In this document: positions 58,363 to 64,000 of the stretch, piece after piece | Numbering within the stretch: position 1 is the first letter of the stretch | How the letters are laid out: every line of letters starts with the position of its first letter | Source of the DNA: Kofleriaceae bacterium | Lineage (GTDB): Bacteria > Myxococcota_A > Polyangia > Haliangiales > Haliangiaceae | NCBI GenBank assembly: GCA_041389925.1 | Contig: JAWKQX010000006.1 | Location: forward strand, 407,837-471,836 | Length of the DNA: 64,000 nucleotides | Direction of reading: 5' to 3' | Program-made: the position numbers and the translations under genes | Notes under the pieces: model-generated | Database searches by the model: none | Told to the model about the DNA's origin: nothing | The model's input: only the letters and a program-made list of their open reading frames with translations

Positions 58363-59088
58363 CTAGCGTGGCAGCAAGAGCCCCAGGTGCACCGTGGGAA
58401 ACACCACCCAGGCGCTCCGCTGGAAGGTGCGCCCGCCGACGTCGATGTCGACCTCGCCGCCGCGGTAGGCCACGCCGATCCACGGTGCGACGTAGAGGTC
58501 GTGCGTCAGGCGCAGCCGCCAGCCCGCGCGCACGCCGGTGAGCCACGACGTGGCCCGGGCGCTGGTCGAGCGCTCGAGGTCGACGACGTCGTCGATCGCG
58601 ACGGCCGCCTCGACGCCGGCGAACGGACCCAGGCCGTCGGCGCGGGCCGCCCAGTCCAGCTTGACGCCCCAGCCGTGGAACTGATCGCGAAAGCCGTCCT
58701 GTCCGTGCATGAACTGCGGCACGGTCGCGGCGAAGACGCCGAGATCGGCGCGCAGGTGTCCGCGCCGCAGTCCGACGTGCAGCGACGAACCCTCCAGCAG
58801 GTACGCGATGGGATCGAGCTCGAGGTCCAGCGCCACGTGCGGGGAGCGAGCTGACGCGGTGGCCTGGGCGGGTGCGGCCGTCGGCGCGGCGCCGTGGGCT
58901 TCGGCCGGAGCGTTGGCCGCCGGGGCGCCGGCCTGGGCGACGGCCGTCTGGGCTTCGGCCGGTGCGCCGTGGGCTTCGGCCGGTGCGTCGGACGGGGCGA
59001 CGGCGGGTGCGCCGAACGCCGCCCGCTCGGGGAACACGGCGGAGGCGAGGACGACGAAGCAGAGGGAGAGCGCGGTTGGAGCGGACAT
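58363..59088 (-). CDS. Secreted Ala/Pro-rich repeat protein with beta-rich C-terminal domain, hypothetical
   Basis: Signal peptide MSAPTALSLCFVVLASAVF. Degenerate repeats APAEAHGAPAEAQ / NAPAEAHGAAPTAAPAQ encoded by short tandem DNA repeats (gccgtgggcttcggccgg x3). C-terminal domain with W/Y/F-rich strands. Confidence 0.45.
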   Translation of the reverse strand: MSAPTALSLCFVVLASAVFPERAAFGAPAVAPSDAPAEAHGAPAEAQTAVAQAGAPAANAPAEAHGAAPTAAPAQATASARSPHVALDLELDPIAYLLEGSSLHVGLRRGHLRADLGVFAATVPQFMHGQDGFRDQFHGWGVKLDWAARADGLGPFAGVEAAVAIDDVVDLERSTSARATSWLTGVRAGWRLRLTHDLYVAPWIGVAYRGGEVDIDVGGRTFQRSAWVVFPTVHLGLLLPR

Positions 59089-59170
59089 GCCCTCACCCTA
59101 CGTATTCGAGAATGAATGAAAAAGTGCGCTTTATGCATGGTACATATCCGTCAATGAATAGGTCGCGTCG

Positions 59171-60061
59171 ATGATGACCTGGGAGGCCGCCCGGGTGCTC
59201 CTCGCGGTGGCGCGCGGCGGCTCGATGGTGCGCGCGGCGCGCAGCCTGGAGCGGAGCCAGCCGTCGGTGAGCCGGGTGATCGCCGAGCTCGAACGAACGC
59301 TCGGCCAGCCGGTGTTCGCTCGCCACGCGCGCGGCGTGCGGCCCACCGCCCTGGGCGCGCTGCTCGTCGAGGCGGCCGAGCGCGTCGACTCCGCCATGCA
59401 GGGCTTCGAGCGGGCGGCGCGCGGCGCCGGCGCGGCGCGCGGCACGGTGCGCGTCGCCGCGTCGGAGTTCATCGGGACCGAGGTGATCGTGCCGCGCCTG
59501 CACGAGCTCCGCGACGCGTTTCCGGGCCTGGCGGTCGAGCTGGTGCTCGACAATCGCGCGAGCGACCTGACGCGCGGCGAGGCCGACGTCGCGGTGCGGA
59601 TGTTCCGGCCCGGACAGCCCGAGCTCATCACCCGCCGCGTGGCACGCCTCGAGCTTGCGCTCTACGCGTCGGCGGACTACCTGCAGCGCCGCGGCGCGCC
59701 GCGCACCATCGAGGAGCTGCTCCAGCACGATCTCATTGGCTTCGATCCGCGCGGCGCCTTCGCCGTCGGCTTCACGCGCATCGACGCGCGGCTGGCCCCG
59801 GAGGTGTTCTCGCTGCGCAGCGACTCGCTCACCGTCCACCTCGTCGCGGCGCGCCACGGCGCCGGGATCGCCGTGCTTCAGCGCCAGCTCGCGTGGCGCT
59901 ACCCGGAGCTGCGCGAGCTCGAGACGTCGCTCCAGGTGCCTCCGCTGGAGGTGTGGCTCGCGACGCACCGCGAGCTCCGTCGCAGCAAGGTCGTGCGCGT
60001 CGCCTCCGAGTGGCTCGATGCGATCCTGCGCGAGTACAGCGAGGCGAAGCCCGCCGCGTGA
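59171..60061 (+). CDS. LysR-family transcriptional regulator
   Basis: N-terminal wHTH (EAARVLLAVARGGSMVRAARSLERSQPSVSRVIAELERTLGQPVFARHARGVRPT) and LysR substrate-binding domain pattern. Divergent AT-rich upstream region 59089..59170. Confidence 0.85.
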   Translation: MMTWEAARVLLAVARGGSMVRAARSLERSQPSVSRVIAELERTLGQPVFARHARGVRPTALGALLVEAAERVDSAMQGFERAARGAGAARGTVRVAASEFIGTEVIVPRLHELRDAFPGLAVELVLDNRASDLTRGEADVAVRMFRPGQPELITRRVARLELALYASADYLQRRGAPRTIEELLQHDLIGFDPRGAFAVGFTRIDARLAPEVFSLRSDSLTVHLVAARHGAGIAVLQRQLAWRYPELRELETSLQVPPLEVWLATHRELRRSKVVRVASEWLDAILREYSEAKPAA

Positions 60062-60178
60062 CGAGCGACCCGGCGACGTCCGAGCCCGCCGGCATCGCGC
60101 CATCGTCGCCGCCGAGCGGTGCGCGCACGTCGTCGTAGGGGCGCCTCCGTCGCGGCGCGCTTCGAACGTGCGGCGCCG

Positions 60179-62497
60179 CTATGGCTTGGCCATGTCGCAC
60201 GCCTCGAGCAGGCAGAGCATGCGGCCGACCCGCAGGCGCTCGCCGCGATCGGGCTGCAGCTCGACGAGGTCGCCGACGGTCCGCCGGCCGTCGAGGAAGT
60301 CGAACAGCTCCAGCAGGCCCTTGACCTCGAAGCGCTCGGGGCCCAGGCGTCGCTGCTTGACCGAGCGCAGCCTCGCGCCGCTGTTGCGCGCGAGCCAGGC
60401 GTCGACGACGTCATCGGGCAGTGCCATCGCGCCCGCGCCGAGGATCTCGAAGGCGTTGAAGTCCAGCGGGAACGCCTCGCGCGCGTTCTCGCGGTTGGCG
60501 TACCAGGCGAACGTGCCCTTGTTCCAGGTGCACACGTCGATGAGCTTGGTGCGCACCTGCCGCGTCAGGTGGCGGAACACCTCCAGCGGCTTGAGCAGCC
60601 CGAGCCCGACGAGCGTGTCGCCGAGGCGCCCGCCGTAGTGCGGCATCATCGCGAGGGCCATGGCGAGCTCGCCGTCGGAGAGGACGTTCTTCGACACGAG
60701 GTAGCTGCCGAAAAGCTCGCTCGCGACGTTGGAGGAGACATACTCCGGCTGCCCGTCCCGGACGTAGACCTCCTTCTTGATGCCGCCGACGGACACCACC
60801 AGGAGCCCCGTCGAGCGCGCCAGCATCAGGCGAAAGAGCACGCGCAGCGGCGAGATCACCGAGAAGTCGCCGGAGTCGTCCGGATGCTCGGGGATGTCGC
60901 TGAGCGCCGGCGGGGGAGGCGGCTCTTGCGTGGCGACCTCGGCGGGCGACGGCATCGCCGGCTCGGGCGAGCGTCGCCGGGGGAGCACCGTCAGTCCGTC
61001 GAAGTCCCGGCTGGACGGATCCGGCTCCATCGGGACGATCGCGCCCATCGCGGCGGCGATCGAGGGGTACGAGGTGTCGGTCGCGGTCGCGGTCGCGCCC
61101 CGCGGCTGGGCCGAGTCGGCGGGGGGCGGCGCGGCGCTGGCGCGCGGCGGGATGGTGCGCGTGGGGAGCTGCGCGTTGCGGTGGCCGGTCTCGCGCGCCG
61201 TCGGTCGTGCCGCACGCGGCAGCGCCGCTGCCGGCGTCGGAGTCGCGCGCGGCGGCGGCGCCGAGGCGCTCACCGCTCGGGCGCGCGGGGCCTCCGCCGC
61301 GTCCTCGACGCGCCGTGGCCGGCCGGCGGTCGCCGGCGGTGGTGGCTCGGGCTGCGCGCGGACGCCTCGCGACTCCTCGTAGCTCACCGACACCACCGGC
61401 ATGCTGTCGCCGACGTCGAGCGAGATCGGGATGCCGTCCGCCTGCGCGGCGGCGCGCGCCTCGGGAGGCCGATCGACGATCATCGCCGGGCCGGAGCTGT
61501 CGTCTTCGGCCCTGGCCCCGGCCGACGCGTCCACGTGGGCGCTCTCGGGAGGGCGCGGCGTGGCCCACTCGCGGACCTCATTGACGAAGTCGCCCACCGT
61601 CTTGGCGCTGACGCGGTGTCGGTGCTCGAAGAGCCACTCCGAGATCGCGTCGCGGAAGCCGGCCGCGGTCGGCCAGCGCTCGTCCGGGTTCTTGCGCAGG
61701 GCGCGCCGCACCAGCTCGAGGACGCTGGGATCGAGATCCGCGCCGTACTTCTCCAGCCGCGTGAGCTTGGCGTCGCGCACCATCAGCAGGACGTCGAGCT
61801 CGTTGGCGGCGGCGAACAGCCGCCGACCGGTGAGCAGCTCCGCGAAGACGACGCCCACGGAGAACAGATCCGAGCGATGATCGAGCGGCTGCTCGACGAC
61901 CTGCTCCGGCGACATGTAGCCGTACTTGCCCTTGAGCGTTCCGGACTTGGTCTTGTGTGAGCGCTGCGGATCGGCCGCCCGCGCGATGCCGAAGTCCACC
62001 AGCTTGATGTCGCCGCGCAGCGAGAGGAGGACGTTCGATGGGGAGATGTCGCGGTGGACGATCCCCAGCGACTCGCCATGGTCATCGGAGATGTTGTGCG
62101 CGTAGTCGAGCGCGTCGAGCACCTCGTGGCAGATCCACGCCGCCAGCGCCGGATCGATGCGCCGCCGCCGCTGCGCGCACTCGCGCAGCAGCGCGAGCAC
62201 GTCGATACCCTCGACGTACTCCATCGCGATGAAGAGCATGTCGCCCTCGCGCGCGAGCTCGAAGGTCTGCGCGATCTTGGGATGGACGAGGCGGGCGGTC
62301 AGCTTCGCCTCGTCGACGAACATCGCGTTGTAGGTCGGATCCGCGTTGAGGTGCGGCAACAGCCGCTTGATCACCACCTTCTTGGCGAACCCATGCTCGC
62401 CGGGCGCGGCGGCCAGGAACAGCTCCGCCATGCCGCCGACGGCCAACCGCTCGACCAACTGGTAACGTCCAAACTGGATGGGAAACGATTCAACCAC
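60179..62497 (-). CDS. Hanks-type serine/threonine protein kinase with C-terminal DUF4388-like domain
   Basis: Kinase subdomains: GxGxxA (VGGMAELF), VVIKRL, HRDISPSNVLL, DFGIA, SPEQ. Long Pro/Ala-rich linker. C-terminal 250 aa resemble the DUF4388 domain common in myxobacteria. N-terminal codons unusually AT-rich. Confidence 0.85.
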   Translation of the reverse strand: MVESFPIQFGRYQLVERLAVGGMAELFLAAAPGEHGFAKKVVIKRLLPHLNADPTYNAMFVDEAKLTARLVHPKIAQTFELAREGDMLFIAMEYVEGIDVLALLRECAQRRRRIDPALAAWICHEVLDALDYAHNISDDHGESLGIVHRDISPSNVLLSLRGDIKLVDFGIARAADPQRSHKTKSGTLKGKYGYMSPEQVVEQPLDHRSDLFSVGVVFAELLTGRRLFAAANELDVLLMVRDAKLTRLEKYGADLDPSVLELVRRALRKNPDERWPTAAGFRDAISEWLFEHRHRVSAKTVGDFVNEVREWATPRPPESAHVDASAGARAEDDSSGPAMIVDRPPEARAAAQADGIPISLDVGDSMPVVSVSYEESRGVRAQPEPPPPATAGRPRRVEDAAEAPRARAVSASAPPPRATPTPAAALPRAARPTARETGHRNAQLPTRTIPPRASAAPPPADSAQPRGATATATDTSYPSIAAAMGAIVPMEPDPSSRDFDGLTVLPRRRSPEPAMPSPAEVATQEPPPPPALSDIPEHPDDSGDFSVISPLRVLFRLMLARSTGLLVVSVGGIKKEVYVRDGQPEYVSSNVASELFGSYLVSKNVLSDGELAMALAMMPHYGGRLGDTLVGLGLLKPLEVFRHLTRQVRTKLIDVCTWNKGTFAWYANRENAREAFPLDFNAFEILGAGAMALPDDVVDAWLARNSGARLRSVKQRRLGPERFEVKGLLELFDFLDGRRTVGDLVELQPDRGERLRVGRMLCLLEACDMAKP

Positions 62498-62652
62498 GAG
62501 CCACGCTCAGCCTATCACAACGGTTTGGGACATCTCCTGCCACGGCCCGGCGCAGCCGCGGCCGCCTGCATTCTGACAGAATGCTGCGCGGGCTTCGCGC
62601 TCGCGCGCGGCGCTCCCGACGAGCTGCGGTGGCCACCTAGTGCACAATCCGT

Positions 62653-63486
62653 TCAGCTCCTCCGCACGAGCGCATACCCGTTGCGATCGAGGGCGCGCTC
62701 CACGGCGGCGTCGAGCCGATCGAACGGGCTGAGTCGGCAGCCCAGGCGGTTCATCGTGTCCTGGCAGGCGTCCGCGATGCTCGTCGAGGCGCCGACGAGC
62801 AGGAGCTCGATCGACGGCAAGCGCTCACGCTCCACGAACGCGGCGATGGTCTTGGGAAAAAGTTGTAGTGATGTCTCACACAATCCATTGATGTCGACGA
62901 TCAAGCAGTTGCTGCTGATCCCGATCGCCAGCATCAGTCCGCGGGAGAGAAGGGAGTCCATCGTCGAAGTGGTGGCCCCCCCCACCAAAAGAACCGCGGC
63001 GACCTTCGGCGCGAGCTGCACGACGGGCGTCCCCGACTCGAGCTGCTCGGTTGTGCGCTCCTGTAAGGACAAGATCCCAGCGGTCGCGAACGAGTCGAGC
63101 GCGACCAGGGAGAGCCACTCGAACAGCTCGCGGATCGCGGCGGCCTCCTCGTGCCCTGCGAACTCCTCTACTGCGTCGCGCAGGGCCAGCAGGAACGCCG
63201 CCACATCGAAGCCGCTCGCCGCGCTGCTCGCGAACTGGCCACCTAGGAAGGAGCACGACCGCTCCAGCTCCCGCGTGAGCACCGAGCCGGGGCGCAGCTC
63301 CTCGGCGCCGCCGCTCACCGCGATCCGGAGCCCGTCGATGAGGTTGGCGGCCTGCGCGGCGAACGTCTTGGCCTCAAGGCCGCGGCGCAGCCGAGTGGGG
63401 GAGCGCTCGAAGCGGACCATCCAGCTCTCCAGCACATCGTTGGCGTGGTCGCGCAGCGCGCGCTCGAGTCCAGGAGGGGCAGGCAC
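62653..63486 (-). CDS. RsbR-like protein: N-terminal sensor domain plus C-terminal STAS (anti-sigma-factor-antagonist-like) domain
   Basis: C-terminal TPVVQLAPKVAAVLLVGGATTSTMDSLLSRGLMLAIGISSNCLIVDINGL resembles the STAS fold with a phosphorylatable T/S. N-terminal 150 aa resemble the RsbR N-terminal non-haem globin region. GTG start. Confidence 0.55.
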   Translation of the reverse strand: MPAPPGLERALRDHANDVLESWMVRFERSPTRLRRGLEAKTFAAQAANLIDGLRIAVSGGAEELRPGSVLTRELERSCSFLGGQFASSAASGFDVAAFLLALRDAVEEFAGHEEAAAIRELFEWLSLVALDSFATAGILSLQERTTEQLESGTPVVQLAPKVAAVLLVGGATTSTMDSLLSRGLMLAIGISSNCLIVDINGLCETSLQLFPKTIAAFVERERLPSIELLLVGASTSIADACQDTMNRLGCRLSPFDRLDAAVERALDRNGYALVRRS

Positions 63487-63611
63487 GTCCCCAGGGTAGC
63501 ACCGTCGGCGACAGCCGGCGCAGAGGCGCGCGCGGCGGCGGTCGATCTCGACCGCGCGGCGATGGCGTTTGCTTGCGATGCGCGGCGGCGGCGACTACGA
63601 TGGATGCTCTC

Positions 63612-64000
63612 ATGCTCCTTTCATCCGTCGCGCGTACCGACGTCGGCCGCCGTCGGCAGATCAACGAGGACGCGTTCTTCCGCGATGACGAGATGGGGTT
63701 CTATGTCGTCGCGGACGGCGTCGGCGGTCACAACCGCGGAGAGATCGCGAGCCGCGAGGCCGTGGAGCAGCTCCGGTCGTGGGTGTTCGGCGCGTCCCGA
63801 GATCTCGACAAGCTGATCACGGACATCGGCGACGGCGAGCTCGAGAAGGTCTGGCAGGTGCGACGGCTGCTCGAGAACGGCGTGCAGTCCGCGTGCTACA
63901 TGGTGTTCGGGATGGCCCAGCTCGATCCCGAGAAGCGGGGCATGTCCACGACGCTGTCGGCGCTGCTCATCCGCGGCGGCCTGGCCTTCGCGGCGCACGT
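63612..64000 (+). CDS. PP2C-family (PPM) serine/threonine phosphatase, 5' partial (continues beyond window)
   Basis: ATG at 63612; not in the supplied ORF table because no stop lies within the window. Translation MLLSSVARTDVGRRRQINEDAFFRDDEMGFYVVADGVGGHNRGEIAS ... GMSTTLSALLI carries the PPM motifs 1-3. Confidence 0.8.
   Translation, partial: MLLSSVARTDVGRRRQINEDAFFRDDEMGFYVVADGVGGHNRGEIASREAVEQLRSWVFGASRDLDKLITDIGDGELEKVWQVRRLLENGVQSACYMVFGMAQLDPEKRGMSTTLSALLIRGGLAFAAH

Noticed and set aside
60119-61960. 613-aa plus-strand ORF and several 300-400-aa ORFs opposite the Ser/Thr kinase
   Set aside because: Antisense high-GC ORFs without motifs. Kinase subdomains are unambiguous on the minus strand.

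Overview
This is a 64 kb chromosomal window with roughly 70% GC and dense coding on both strands. It shows myxobacterial hallmarks: many lipoproteins, a MYXO-CTERM-like sorting motif, a Hanks-type kinase, AgmX/PglI-like lipoproteins, ECF sigma factors and large subtilisin proteases. All calls come from reading the six-frame ORF translations and the DNA by eye; no searches were run.

Housekeeping and metabolic content:
- A beta-oxidation / butyryl-CoA style operon on the minus strand (13885 to 22142): thiolase, 3-hydroxyacyl-CoA dehydrogenase, crotonase, two acyl-CoA dehydrogenases, a stand-alone B12-binding mutase small domain and a cupin lipoprotein, with the MeaB G-protein gene (12919..13872) at its 3' end.
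- bioB, a PduO-type cobalamin adenosyltransferase, moeA, tatA, phaR, and an RluA-family pseudouridine synthase.
- A hybrid PAS/GAF histidine kinase, an MltD-like lytic transglycosylase, a glycerophosphodiester phosphodiesterase, and a haloalkane-dehalogenase / SDR / aldo-keto-reductase trio.

Accessory-looking content:
- Two large secreted S8 proteases with P-domains.
- An ECF sigma factor translationally coupled to a very unusual anti-sigma protein: zinc-finger anti-sigma domain, one TM helix, periplasmic TPR repeats and a C-terminal CHAT (caspase-like) protease.
- An 8 kb gene for a roughly 2700-aa lipoprotein adhesin with DUF11 repeats, an InlB B-repeat and about 16 Big_1 repeats. It carries an internal MYXO-CTERM-like motif followed in frame by a signal-peptide-like segment and a beta-barrel-like domain, and is flanked by candidate outer-membrane beta-barrel proteins.
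- A Hanks kinase-DUF4388 / RsbR-STAS / PP2C module at the window end.

The table contains many long antisense or off-frame ORFs that are high-GC artefacts; these are listed as rejected.
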